NCBI GenBank assembly: GCA_041572575.1
Contig: JBFFSH010000020.1
Span: forward strand, 1-40,283
Source: Thermodesulfobacteriota bacterium
GTDB taxonomy: Bacteria; Desulfobacterota_D; UBA1144; Nemesobacterales; N074bin48
Length of the DNA: 40,283 nucleotides
Direction: 5' to 3'
The notes beneath the pieces are model-generated. The model was not told where the DNA came from. It saw nothing but the letters and a program-made list of their open reading frames with translations, and ran no database searches. Positions 10,489 to 20,482 of the stretch are shown here, piece by piece (within the stretch, counting starts at the first letter, position 1; each line of letters opens with the position of its first letter). The translations under genes and the position numbers were made by a program.

Positions 10489-11850
10489 ATGAAAATATTT
10501 GGAACAGACGGAGTAAGAGGACTTGCAAATACAGAACCTATGACGCCGGAGACAGTTCTTAAACTGGGCAAATCTCTTGTTCATTATCTACGAATTAACC
10601 TTCGCATTAAATCTCCCAAAATTCTGATTGGTAAGGATACTAGACTCTCGGGTTATATGTTCGAACAGGCACTGTCTGCAGGTTTTATCTCTATGGGTGC
10701 TTCTGTTTACCTTGTAGGGCCACTACCCACTCCCGCTATAGCCTATCTTACACGCAATATTAATGCAGATGCAGGTGTAGTTATATCAGCATCACATAAT
10801 CCTTATACCGATAATGGAATTAAATTCTTTGGCTCCGACGGCTTTAAATTAGAAGATATTGCTGAAAATATAATAGAAGATATTTTAGTGAATAAGAAAT
10901 ACCAACAAATTGATCATTCACAAATTGGAAAAGCTCATAGAATTGATGATGCTTCTTTTAGATATGTATCATATTTAAAAAATACTTTTCCAAATAATCA
11001 TAATTTATCTGATTTAAAAATAGTTGTTGATTGTGCAAATGGGGCAGGATACAAGGTCTGTCCGCAAATACTTAAAGAGCTTGGTGCCCAAGTTACAGTA
11101 CTTTCGGATAACCCTGACGGGAAAAATATAAATCTCAATTGCGGTGCTCTTTTTCCAAAGGAGCTTTGTAAAAAAGTAATTGAAACCGGCTCAGATATCG
11201 GAATTGCACTCGATGGTGATGCAGATAGATGCGTATTTGTTGACCACCATGGAGATGTAGTTGATGGGGACAGAGTAATTGCACTATGTATAAATGAAAT
11301 GCTATCTCAAAAAGACATAAAAGATGATATATTTGTTTTTACGCAGATGAGCAATATGGCGCTACAAAACTATGTAGATAGCAAGAATGCAAAATTCATT
11401 TTAACAGATGTTGGAGACAAATATGTTGTTGATCAAATGAAAAAATGTAATTCAATGTTTGGTGGTGAAAAATCCGGTCACTATGTATTTATGGAGCATT
11501 CAACAACAGGTGACGGCATACTATCTGCACTACAGATCCTATCTATAATGAAAAAGAATAATAAAACGTTATCTGATCTATCAAATATCTTAAACTTATA
11601 TCCACAAACTCTTGTTAATATTAAAGTAAAAGATAAACCCCCCTTTGAAACAATATCAAATTTGAATGAATCACTTTGCAAGTGCAATAAGATGCTGGGT
11701 AAAAACGGAAGAATTAACCTTAGATATTCTGGTACAGAACAGCTTGCAAGAGTTATGGTTGAAGGAGAGAATGAACAATCAATACAAGAGATTGCATCTG
11801 AATTAGCTAACATCATTAATAAAGAAATTGGAGTCAATTACGATGCCTAA
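10489..11850 (+). CDS. glmM: Phosphoglucosamine mutase
   Basis: FGTDGVRG, GKDTRLSG, SASHNP, DGDADR, RYSGTE. Confidence 0.96.
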   Translation: MKIFGTDGVRGLANTEPMTPETVLKLGKSLVHYLRINLRIKSPKILIGKDTRLSGYMFEQALSAGFISMGASVYLVGPLPTPAIAYLTRNINADAGVVISASHNPYTDNGIKFFGSDGFKLEDIAENIIEDILVNKKYQQIDHSQIGKAHRIDDASFRYVSYLKNTFPNNHNLSDLKIVVDCANGAGYKVCPQILKELGAQVTVLSDNPDGKNINLNCGALFPKELCKKVIETGSDIGIALDGDADRCVFVDHHGDVVDGDRVIALCINEMLSQKDIKDDIFVFTQMSNMALQNYVDSKNAKFILTDVGDKYVVDQMKKCNSMFGGEKSGHYVFMEHSTTGDGILSALQILSIMKKNNKTLSDLSNILNLYPQTLVNIKVKDKPPFETISNLNESLCKCNKMLGKNGRINLRYSGTEQLARVMVEGENEQSIQEIASELANIINKEIGVNYDA

Positions 11851-12565
11851 CCTGAATGTAAATATTGATCATGTGGCTACTTTAAGACAAGCAAGACTGG
11901 GCCATGAACCAGATCCGGTTTTTGCTGCTTACCTTAGTGAACTTGCAGGTGCGGATGGTATCGTCGTTCATCTTCGAGAAGACCGAAGACACATCCAGGA
12001 AAGAGACGTAAAAATATTGAAAAAGACTGTTAAAACCAAACTTAACCTTGAGATGGCCCCAACCAAACAAATGTTAAAGATAGCACTTCAAATAAAACCC
12101 GATATGGTTACGCTTGTGCCTGAAAAAAGGCAGGAACTTACTACCGAAGGTGGCCTGGATGTAATATGCAATAAAAAAACTATTGGAAATATTGTTAAAA
12201 GCCTCAAGGATTCAGCAATTATAACAAGTCTGTTTATTGATCCTGACACAAAACAAATTGATGCATCTAAACAACTTATGTCTGATATGGTTGAAATACA
12301 TACCGGCAAATATGCAGATAGTATAAATGAAGAACAACAAAACTTTGAACTAAACGAAATAATAAACTCTGTTAATTATGCTTCTGAACTAGATCTAAGA
12401 GTAGCTGCAGGACACGGGCTTGATTACAGCAACACAAGTAAAATTGCCGAAATAAATAAAATAGAAGAACTCAATATAGGATATAATATCATTTGCAGAT
12501 CAGTAATAGTAGGTATAGAAAGAGCGGTTAAAGAAATGAAACAGCTTTGTACAGGTAAAACTTAA
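11843..12565 (+). CDS. pdxJ: Pyridoxine 5'-phosphate synthase
   Basis: LNVNIDHVATLRQAR, HLREDRRHI, TTEGGLD, AGHGL. The ATG at 11843 follows GGAG and overlaps the glmM end. Confidence 0.96.
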   Translation: MPNLNVNIDHVATLRQARLGHEPDPVFAAYLSELAGADGIVVHLREDRRHIQERDVKILKKTVKTKLNLEMAPTKQMLKIALQIKPDMVTLVPEKRQELTTEGGLDVICNKKTIGNIVKSLKDSAIITSLFIDPDTKQIDASKQLMSDMVEIHTGKYADSINEEQQNFELNEIINSVNYASELDLRVAAGHGLDYSNTSKIAEINKIEELNIGYNIICRSVIVGIERAVKEMKQLCTGKT

Positions 12566-12566
12566 T

Positions 12567-12935
12567 ATGATCGATGGTCTTGGAGTAGATTTAGTTAAGA
12601 TTGAAAGGATTAAACACATAATAGATAAATGGGATAAAAAATTCACTGCAAAATTATTTACAGAGAATGAAATTCAATATTGCAGTAAACATAAAAACCA
12701 ATATCTTCGCTTTGCGTCAACTTTTGCTGCAAAGGAGGCATTAATAAAAGCCCACGGAAGAGGAAACCTAAAATTCAAAGAAATTGAAATACTTAGAGAA
12801 ATTTCTGGTAGACCTCAGGTCAATTTACATGGAAATGCGCTAAAAATAATTAACGATAAAGAAATTACTACTATAAATGTTACAATCACTCACGATGGTG
12901 AATATACAGTTGCTGTAGTGGTACTAGAAAAATAA
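12567..12935 (+). CDS. acpS: Holo-[acyl-carrier-protein] synthase
   Basis: GLGVDLV, FAAKEA, G-R-P, ITHD; conserved position after pdxJ. Confidence 0.93.
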   Translation: MIDGLGVDLVKIERIKHIIDKWDKKFTAKLFTENEIQYCSKHKNQYLRFASTFAAKEALIKAHGRGNLKFKEIEILREISGRPQVNLHGNALKIINDKEITTINVTITHDGEYTVAVVVLEK

Positions 12936-12949
12936 TTTTGGAGATATTA

Positions 12950-13294
12950 ATGGATGACTGCATATTTTGTAAAATAATTAAAAAAGAAATACCATCTAAT
13001 ACTGTTTATGAGGATGATAAAAGTATAGCATTCCATGATATTAACCCACAGGCACCAACTCACATATTAGTTATACCCAAAAAGCACATCAGATCACTTG
13101 TAGAAAGTGATGAATCAGACACTCTACTTATGGGACATCTTACAAAGGTTGCAAGAAATATTGCAAACGAAAAAGGATTAGATGAGAAAGGATTCAGACT
13201 AGTCTTAAATTCAGGTCTGCAAGCTGGTCAGTCCGTATGGCACGTACACTTTCATCTCTTAGGAGGAAGAAAGATGAACTGGCCACCTGGATAA
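12950..13294 (+). CDS. hinT: Histidine triad (HIT/HinT) nucleotide-binding protein
   Basis: DCIFCKI, DINPQAPTH, HVHFH, WPPG; ATG at 12950 after GGAG. Confidence 0.93.
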   Translation: MDDCIFCKIIKKEIPSNTVYEDDKSIAFHDINPQAPTHILVIPKKHIRSLVESDESDTLLMGHLTKVARNIANEKGLDEKGFRLVLNSGLQAGQSVWHVHFHLLGGRKMNWPPG

Positions 13295-13324
13295 CGGTCT
13301 ATTGATTCATATTATATTAACTAC

Positions 13325-14605
13325 ATGCAACAAAATGAACAATTAGCTTATTTAAACTCTCTGGGTCTGCACAATATTAAACCTGGATTACAAAGAATAA
13401 CTAATGTTCTAGAACTTTTGGGAAACCCCCAAAATACATTTAAGTCAATAATTATAGGCGGAACCAACGGTAAAGGTTCAGTATCAGCAGCAGTTGCATC
13501 CGTACTGATACAAAGCGATATTAAGACAGGTCTTTATACTTCTCCTCATTTAATAAAAGTTAATGAAAGAATATCAATAAACAATTCTACTATTAGTGAC
13601 TCTGACCTTGAAGGTCTTATCAAGTATCTTAGGATCATATTAGAGAAACATAATATCAGACTTAGTTATTTTGAATTTATTACTACACTTTCTTTTATAT
13701 ATTTCAGCGTATTTAAAATTGATATTGCCGTATTAGAAGTTGGCATGGGTGGAAGGTGGGATGCTACAAATGTAGTAACACCCCTTGTGTCTGTTATTAC
13801 AAATATATCCTTTGATCACATGGAATATTTGGGCAGTACTCTAAGCGAAATCGCTCAAGAAAAAGCAGAGATAATTAAAAATAACATACCGGTCGTAACT
13901 GCATGCAGTAATAAATCAATAGAACCAATAATCAGAAAAGCATATTCATGCTCTGCACCATTATATATATATGGAACCGAATTTAATACTGATGGAAGCT
14001 CTACGGATAATTTTTCTTATAAAAGCAGATCATCATTTCTTGATAACCTAAGTTCAAATCTTAGTGGAAAGTTTCAAGTAGAAAATATATGCGTTGCTTT
14101 AAAAACATTAGATATATTAATTAATAAGTATAAATATAATATATCTGAAGCATCCATCAGAAAAGGATTACAAAAAATTAACTGGCCGGGTAGATTTGAA
14201 ATTCTAGATGAGAAAAGACCTGTTATTTTGGACTGTGCTCATAATGAAGAATCTTCAAATGTATTAATTCATTCTCTTAAACAACTCTATCCAGATACTT
14301 CTTTTGATTTTTTAATTGGAATGTTAGATGATAAACAACACACTATCTTCATTAAAAATATTGCAGCCATATCTAATACAATTATTATCACAAATGGATT
14401 TTCTCAAAAAGAAGCAGATACTGGTGAATTGAGTGAAATATGTAAAGAACTTAACTGTAATTTCGAAACTATTGATAATTACAAGACTGCTTTTAATAGA
14501 CTTATTAATGATACGTCCCCTCTTTGTATTACAGGTTCAATTTATTTAGTAGGAGCTATTAAAAAGTTATTGATTGAAACTGATTCAAACTTCCATAAAA
14601 TATAA
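13325..14605 (+). CDS. folC: Bifunctional folylpolyglutamate synthase/dihydrofolate synthase
   Basis: GTNGKGS, YTSPHL, EVGMGGRWDATN, WPGRFE, DCAHN, TGSIYLVG. Confidence 0.95.
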   Translation: MQQNEQLAYLNSLGLHNIKPGLQRITNVLELLGNPQNTFKSIIIGGTNGKGSVSAAVASVLIQSDIKTGLYTSPHLIKVNERISINNSTISDSDLEGLIKYLRIILEKHNIRLSYFEFITTLSFIYFSVFKIDIAVLEVGMGGRWDATNVVTPLVSVITNISFDHMEYLGSTLSEIAQEKAEIIKNNIPVVTACSNKSIEPIIRKAYSCSAPLYIYGTEFNTDGSSTDNFSYKSRSSFLDNLSSNLSGKFQVENICVALKTLDILINKYKYNISEASIRKGLQKINWPGRFEILDEKRPVILDCAHNEESSNVLIHSLKQLYPDTSFDFLIGMLDDKQHTIFIKNIAAISNTIIITNGFSQKEADTGELSEICKELNCNFETIDNYKTAFNRLINDTSPLCITGSIYLVGAIKKLLIETDSNFHKI

Positions 14606-14610
14606 ACTAA

Positions 14611-15642
14611 ATGAGAAAAGTCGGACTAGTAATAGACGAATTATTTGTAAAACATATAAACTCCTTCGACCATCCGGAATCTCCCGACAGGGTGTATGTT
14701 ATAAATGACATGTTAAACGAAACAGGATTAATAAATCATTTAACTTTCTTAGAGCCAAGAGATGCAAAGAAAGAAGATATTACAAGAGTTCACACAGAAA
14801 AATATTTTCAAATAATAGAAAAAACAAAAGGCAAGGAAAAAGTATTTCTCGATCAGGATACATCTACAAATGCTTTTTCATTCGATTCAGCAATGCGCGC
14901 CTCAGGTGGAGTATTACAGTCAATCGATAAAATAATTCAAAATGACATAGATACTGCATTTTGTATAGAGCGTCCCCCTGGACATCATGCAGAGCCCGAT
15001 AGATCTATGGGGTTCTGTCTTTTTAATCATGCAGCAGTAGGTGCAGGATATTTAAGATCTAAAGGCTTTGAGAGAATCTTGATTATAGACTGGGATGTTC
15101 ACCATGGTAACGGCACTCAACATATATTTGAATCATCTAAAGAGGTACTTTTCTTTTCTACTCATCAGTTTCCGTTTTACCCCGGTACGGGTTCTCTTGA
15201 AGAATTAGGAATAGATGATGGTGCTGGTTATACTGTAAATGTGCCAATTGAAATTGGTATGGGTGATAGTGAATACATTAAAATATTCAACGAACTTTTA
15301 ATACCAATAACTTCGCAATTTAACCCTCAGTTTATTATTGTTTCAGCTGGTTTTGATTCTTTTATTGAAGACCCTTTAGGCGGCATGAATGTCTCAACCG
15401 AGGGGTTTTCAAAACTCACAGAAATAGTTATTAATCTTTCAGAGCAGTGTTGTGAAGGAAACTTATTATTAATATTAGAAGGTGGTTATAATCTACAAGG
15501 TCTTGCAGATTGTACACAAAAGGTATTTGATACTTTAATAAATTATGATGGCAATAGGGATCATAAAATAACAGAACCCACAAAAGCTGATAATACTATA
15601 GATATTGTTAAAAATAATTATTCAGAATTCTGGGATTTTTAA
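14611..15642 (+). CDS. Zn-dependent histone deacetylase family protein (HDAC/AcuC/APAH superfamily)
   Basis: HPE, RPPGHHA, GFCLFN, DWDVHHGNGTQ, SAGFD, LEGGY. Confidence 0.94.
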   Translation: MRKVGLVIDELFVKHINSFDHPESPDRVYVINDMLNETGLINHLTFLEPRDAKKEDITRVHTEKYFQIIEKTKGKEKVFLDQDTSTNAFSFDSAMRASGGVLQSIDKIIQNDIDTAFCIERPPGHHAEPDRSMGFCLFNHAAVGAGYLRSKGFERILIIDWDVHHGNGTQHIFESSKEVLFFSTHQFPFYPGTGSLEELGIDDGAGYTVNVPIEIGMGDSEYIKIFNELLIPITSQFNPQFIIVSAGFDSFIEDPLGGMNVSTEGFSKLTEIVINLSEQCCEGNLLLILEGGYNLQGLADCTQKVFDTLINYDGNRDHKITEPTKADNTIDIVKNNYSEFWDF

Positions 15643-16466
15643 TTTTTTTTATTCATTCTTCTAAAATCCCTGCCTTCTAAGTAGAAAAAACTGCACATAT
15701 CAAAGAGTCTAGACGATATTCGCTCCCCTACTCTGTATTCTAGGATTTCTTTACTATCTCTATTTAAATTCACATTTATATCTTTTGTTACAAAGTTTGT
15801 AGTAATAACAGTAATCTTTGTAGAATTGTATCTTTTGGATATAAGCTGATCCAGTACTCCTAGCTCCCATTCGTTAGCCCTTCCCTTACCAAGTTCATCT
15901 ATTACGAGTACGTCCGTGTCTATCAGTGGATTTATAACCTGATTTTCCGGTCTACCCTCTGAATATGCTGATTTTAAGTCGTTTAAAAGATCAAAAAAGT
16001 CTACAAAAAGACACTTTACGCCTTTTTCCAGTGTAAGTTCAGAAATTGCACATATAGCCAAATGTGTTTTACCAAGCCCAGAGGCTCCCATTAGCAGAAA
16101 TCCTTTATGATGAGGATACTGATCAACGAATTGTTTCACATAAATAAGAGCATCCTGATGGGTGTCATGTCTTGGATTAAAAGTGCTAACTTCTGACACT
16201 GAATAATATTTTGATGGTATAGCGGCCAGATTATACAGTTTAACATTTTTATGAAGGTAACCGCACTGCTCACATGGTTTTAAATAGCTATACCCACTAT
16301 CTTTATAATACTGTTTCTTGCCTGTACCGGAGCATTGGTCACATTTAAGGCAGCTACATACCTGTGCAACTGAATACTTACCTTCTGGCTTTAGCTCATA
16401 ACCATTTCCAAAACATTGTTCGCATCCATACTGCTTTTTTTTCTTGGTCTTTGAAGTCCTTGGCAT
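15639..16466 (-). CDS. DnaC/DnaI/IstB-like AAA+ ATPase with N-terminal Cys-rich Zn-finger region
   Basis: Walker A GASGLGKT, Walker B VLVIDELG, sensor ITTN, GERISSRL, D-F-R tail. N-terminal CxxCxGxG..CxC..CxxCxGxG..CxxC. Confidence 0.85.
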   Translation of the reverse strand: MPRTSKTKKKKQYGCEQCFGNGYELKPEGKYSVAQVCSCLKCDQCSGTGKKQYYKDSGYSYLKPCEQCGYLHKNVKLYNLAAIPSKYYSVSEVSTFNPRHDTHQDALIYVKQFVDQYPHHKGFLLMGASGLGKTHLAICAISELTLEKGVKCLFVDFFDLLNDLKSAYSEGRPENQVINPLIDTDVLVIDELGKGRANEWELGVLDQLISKRYNSTKITVITTNFVTKDINVNLNRDSKEILEYRVGERISSRLFDMCSFFYLEGRDFRRMNKKN

Positions 16467-16467
16467 A

Positions 16468-17112
16468 TCAGTTTAAAAATTCTAAGTTAAACCTTTTTTT
16501 TATCAACATATTTCTAAAAGAAGTAATACTTTTATCATAAGCCTCTTGAGTCATGTTATCACGATTCTTAATATTGCTCTTTGCTTTATCAATAATTGTA
16601 TTTTTTTCTAATTGTGAAAGCAAATTAAATATTCTGTTATATAATTCTAATTCTTTTTCCCTTACCAGTGCATATATTTGAGTATGATCATCACATTTTA
16701 AACTCGCTATGTTCTCTTTATAAGAATTTATTGTAGATATGAGATTATCATCATCTAAATGATTGATTCCGGCACCTATTTTAGAAATTATTTTATCAAC
16801 ATAACTATTGGTACTTTTTTCATCATTAGAGATATCAATATGTTTTAGTCCGGAATATATTTCTATTGACTTATCTATGTAGCTTATAATATAACCAAGA
16901 TTTCTTATCTTTGTTTTATTGTTTAGACTGTCGAAGTTTTTAGAATCTGAAAAGGCATTACTAATCCCTTCTATAATAACTTCATACGGTATTTGTCTGT
17001 CCTTCCATCTTTGTATGAGCTCATAATCCGAGTATGAAATCATTATTCCCTTTCCAAGATGGTTTAAAAAGTATTTCTCAATACTCTTTATATAGGAGTC
17101 TTCTTTGAACAT
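16468..17112 (-). CDS. Hypothetical protein with N-terminal DnaD-like helical domain
   Basis: IEKYFLNHLGKGIMISYSDYELIQRWKDRQIPYEVIIEGISNAF...LGYI resembles the DnaD/DnaB_2 pattern (fE..fgr.ls..e...i..w.......evi..a...a ... Yi). Its stop lies 1 nt from the ATPase start. The ORF is solid; the domain call is tentative. Confidence 0.6.
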   Translation of the reverse strand: MFKEDSYIKSIEKYFLNHLGKGIMISYSDYELIQRWKDRQIPYEVIIEGISNAFSDSKNFDSLNNKTKIRNLGYIISYIDKSIEIYSGLKHIDISNDEKSTNSYVDKIISKIGAGINHLDDDNLISTINSYKENIASLKCDDHTQIYALVREKELELYNRIFNLLSQLEKNTIIDKAKSNIKNRDNMTQEAYDKSITSFRNMLIKKRFNLEFLN

Positions 17113-17141
17113 TTATTATAGATCAAAGATATTATATATAA

Positions 17142-17822
17142 TTAATTATCGATTAACTCTCTCATATCTGAGATGGTCTGAGCGTAATCATCTGATGCAA
17201 AAATACCCGAGCCCGAAACAAATACATCGGGACCGTAATTTGCAATCTCTTCAATATTATTGAGCTTTATTCCGCCATCAACCTCAATAAGAGGTTTATT
17301 ATCAAGTTTATCAATTATATTTCTTAATTTTTTAATTTTTGGCAACATTGAGGGTATGAACTTTTGTCCGGCAAATCCAGGCTCCACTGTCATAACAAGT
17401 ATGAGGTCTACAAGCTCCAGCACTTCTTCCAATGCTGAAATTGGAGTAGTAGGATTTACAGCTATCCCAGCCATAACTCCCTTATTCTTAATCTTTTGAA
17501 TAGTACTGTGCAGTAGTTTAGTAGCCTCAATTTGAACTGTAACCAGTTTTACATGGGGTGCGCCTGCATCAATGAATACCTCTACGAAATCATCAGGGTT
17601 ATCTATCATAAGATGAATATCCATTGGAGGAGGATCAATTTTTGCAATTGACATAACCTCAGGTATTCCAAGGCTTATATTTGGCACATAATGACCGTCC
17701 ATCACATCAACATGTATCCAGTCAACTCCTGCCTGCTTAACAGCGGTTATTTCTTCACCAAGTCTTACAAGGTCGGCAGCCAATATGGAAGGGGCTATAA
17801 GTTTTTTATTATCTTTGCTCAT
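17142..17822 (-). CDS. rpe: Ribulose-phosphate 3-epimerase
   Basis: IAPSILAAD, HVDVMDGHYVPN, MTVEPGFAGQ, VDGGI, VSGS. Confidence 0.97.
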   Translation of the reverse strand: MSKDNKKLIAPSILAADLVRLGEEITAVKQAGVDWIHVDVMDGHYVPNISLGIPEVMSIAKIDPPPMDIHLMIDNPDDFVEVFIDAGAPHVKLVTVQIEATKLLHSTIQKIKNKGVMAGIAVNPTTPISALEEVLELVDLILVMTVEPGFAGQKFIPSMLPKIKKLRNIIDKLDNKPLIEVDGGIKLNNIEEIANYGPDVFVSGSGIFASDDYAQTISDMRELIDN

Positions 17823-17823
17823 T

Positions 17824-19164
17824 TTATATTTTTTGAAATTTAGCTATAAAGAAACCATCCATTTTATCTAACTCATTAAGCGAACTAAAATAACCATTTC
17901 TATCTAAAAGTCTATTTATTTTTTCGTATTTATTACTCACAGTACTGTCAATCCTAAATTTAGTGTTTTGTTTTAAAAATAATTCACATACGTGTTCATT
18001 TTCCTCTCTCATTAAAGTACATACTGAATAAACCAACGTTCCACCTGTCTTAAGATACCTGGATACATTGTTTAATATCTCTAACTGTATGGACGATAAT
18101 TGTACAATACCATCTGGATTTTTATTCCATTTTATATCCGGATTATTTTTTATTGTACCAAGTCCTGAGCATGGGGCATCAACCAGTATTCGGTCAAATT
18201 GAATATTATCATCAAAGACTATATCTTTTGCATCTGAACATCTGGTAAAGATAATGCTATTTTTAAGCCTCTTTGAATCTTGTAGAACTAAATTCAGCCT
18301 TTCCTTGTTGATATCGCATGAAATTATTTTTCCTCGATTTTTCATAATTTCAGCAATATGGTTTGATTTTGTACCGGGAGCGCTACATGAATCAAAAATT
18401 GTTTCACCTGGTTTAGGATCTAAAATTATAGATACAAGCTGTGATGATTCATCCTGAATGGAAAAATAACCATTATTATACAAATCAGAATTTATGAGTA
18501 CATTTAAATTTTCAACATATAAACCGTGATCCGAAAAAAAGGTATTTTGAGGGTTATGATCTTTAATAAGTTTTGCGAATTTATCTGTCGATATAAGGTT
18601 ATTGTTTACCCGTATAATTGGTAGGCCATGATTATTTAATCCTGCGCAGATCTTTTCCGTTAATTCTTCACCATAAGATTCGGTCCATTTAATTATCAGC
18701 CATTTAGGATATGAATAGTTAATTGAGAGGTATTCGGATATATCTGATTTATCGGGATACTCTATCAATTCTTTATTTCTGATTACTTCTCTAAGAACAG
18801 CATTTACCAAATTTTTTATCTTATAATCAAACTTTGCCTTAGCCACTTTAACTGTCTCATTAATTGATGCATGATCCGGTACAGAATCCAAATACAGAAT
18901 CTGATAAATACCCATAAGTAATACAAGCTCAATTTTACTGCTTTTAAGCTTATGTTTTATAAATAAATTTAGTACATAACTTAACTTTTTTTTCCATCTT
19001 ATAGTTCCGTAAACTAATTCAGTAATAAGTTTAATATCTTTTGATATTATATTTTTATTTTTAGATAAATACTGATTTAAGACAATATCAGGATATGCTT
19101 TTTTGATTGTTATTCTGATTAGCAGTTCATATGCAATTAATCTGGTATTATATGTGTTTTCCAT
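17824..19164 (-). CDS. rsmB: 16S rRNA m5C967 methyltransferase RsmB (NusB-like domain + MTase)
   Basis: ELVYGTIR, QDESSQ, CSAPGTKS, DAPCSGLG, YSVCT. Confidence 0.95.
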   Translation of the reverse strand: MENTYNTRLIAYELLIRITIKKAYPDIVLNQYLSKNKNIISKDIKLITELVYGTIRWKKKLSYVLNLFIKHKLKSSKIELVLLMGIYQILYLDSVPDHASINETVKVAKAKFDYKIKNLVNAVLREVIRNKELIEYPDKSDISEYLSINYSYPKWLIIKWTESYGEELTEKICAGLNNHGLPIIRVNNNLISTDKFAKLIKDHNPQNTFFSDHGLYVENLNVLINSDLYNNGYFSIQDESSQLVSIILDPKPGETIFDSCSAPGTKSNHIAEIMKNRGKIISCDINKERLNLVLQDSKRLKNSIIFTRCSDAKDIVFDDNIQFDRILVDAPCSGLGTIKNNPDIKWNKNPDGIVQLSSIQLEILNNVSRYLKTGGTLVYSVCTLMREENEHVCELFLKQNTKFRIDSTVSNKYEKINRLLDRNGYFSSLNELDKMDGFFIAKFQKI

Positions 19165-19200
19165 GGTATATCATTGTATATAATGAGACAGCCTGGTTAC

Positions 19201-19228
19201 TTGACTTGATGTCCCAAAAAGATATATT
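19201..19228 (+). promoter_or_regulatory. Putative sigma70 promoter of the metK operon
   Basis: TTGACT (19201-19206), 16 nt, TATATT (19223-19228), about 40 nt upstream of metK. Confidence 0.4.
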
Positions 19229-19269
19229 AGTCGGCTTTATACTAACATCATAATTTAAACTTATTAACT

Positions 19270-20430
19270 ATGCCAAAAGGAAACTTTATATTTACATCAG
19301 AATCAGTAACTGAAGGTCATCCGGATAAAATGGCCGATCAGATTTCTGATTCCATACTCGATGCCGCTCTAAGTGGCGATAAACACAGCCGTGTAGCATG
19401 CGAGACCTTAATAACCACAGGCCTGGTAGTACTTGCAGGTGAAATCACTACAAACTCCATAATTGATTATCCACATATAGTAAGGGAAAAAATAAGAGAC
19501 ATTGGTTATACAGACAGTAACATGGGTTTTGATTGTGATACATGTGCTGTTATGGTCACTCTGGACGGACAATCACAAGATATTGCAATGGGAGTTGATG
19601 AAAACTCGCAAAAAGAACAGGGTGCAGGAGATCAGGGGCTTATGTTTGGATATGCAACTGACGAAACCGATGTTCTTATGCCCTCCCCTATCATGTATGC
19701 TCAGAAGCTTGCAAAAAGACTATCTCAGGTAAGAAAGGACGGAACGTTATCGTTTCTCAGATCAGATGGGAAGACTCAGGTGACAGTAAGATATGAAGAT
19801 AACAAACCTGTTGCTATAGATGCAGTTGTAATTTCCTCTCAGCATTCAGATGAAGTTTCAAATAAAGATATATATGATGGGATTTATGAAGAGGTAATAA
19901 AGGCAAGTATAGATAAAAAGTTATTAACCAAGAATACTAAAATATTTGTAAACCCAACCGGCAGATTCGTAACAGGCGGCCCAATGGGTGATGCAGGCCT
20001 AACTGGAAGAAAAATTATTATAGATACCTATGGCGGCTGGGCAAGGCACGGAGGCGGAGCATTTTCCGGTAAAGACCCATCAAAAGTAGACAGAAGTGCA
20101 GCTTATATGGCAAGATATGTGGCAAAGAACATAGTAGCCTCTGGAATTGCAAATGAATGCGAAGTACAGCTTGCCTATGCAATAGGCGTAGCCGATCCGG
20201 TTTCAGTGATGATAGATACATTTGGAACCTCAAAAGTATCCGAAGATAAGATATCAGAGGTAGTGAGAGAGGTATTCGATCTAAAACCCTCCGGAATTAT
20301 TAAATCACTTAACCTTCTTAGACCAATATACTCAGAAACTGCAGCATATGGTCATTTTGGTAGAACAGGTGAAGGATTTACATGGGAAAAAACAGACAAG
20401 ACCGAAGAATTAAATACAGCTATAAGATAA
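19270..20430 (+). CDS. metK: S-adenosylmethionine synthetase
   Basis: [33 protein letters not shown]. Confidence 0.98.
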   Translation: MPKGNFIFTSESVTEGHPDKMADQISDSILDAALSGDKHSRVACETLITTGLVVLAGEITTNSIIDYPHIVREKIRDIGYTDSNMGFDCDTCAVMVTLDGQSQDIAMGVDENSQKEQGAGDQGLMFGYATDETDVLMPSPIMYAQKLAKRLSQVRKDGTLSFLRSDGKTQVTVRYEDNKPVAIDAVVISSQHSDEVSNKDIYDGIYEEVIKASIDKKLLTKNTKIFVNPTGRFVTGGPMGDAGLTGRKIIIDTYGGWARHGGGAFSGKDPSKVDRSAAYMARYVAKNIVASGIANECEVQLAYAIGVADPVSVMIDTFGTSKVSEDKISEVVREVFDLKPSGIIKSLNLLRPIYSETAAYGHFGRTGEGFTWEKTDKTEELNTAIR

Positions 20431-20482
20431 TTCAACATCTAAAAAACAACCTAATTACTTATATAACTATTTGGAGGAAATC

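Noticed and set aside
15639..16466. IS21 IstB helper ATPase
   Set aside because: No IstA transposase or terminal repeats nearby; the Zn-finger N-terminus and operon context do not fit.
19209..19238. dif-like site near xerD (TGTCCCAAAAA-GATATA-TTAGTC...)
   Set aside because: The XerD arm (TTATGTTAAA-like) is missing; better explained as the metK promoter.
19165..19269. SAM/SAH riboswitch before metK or ahcY
   Set aside because: The leaders are too short and AT-rich, and I saw no conserved riboswitch core.
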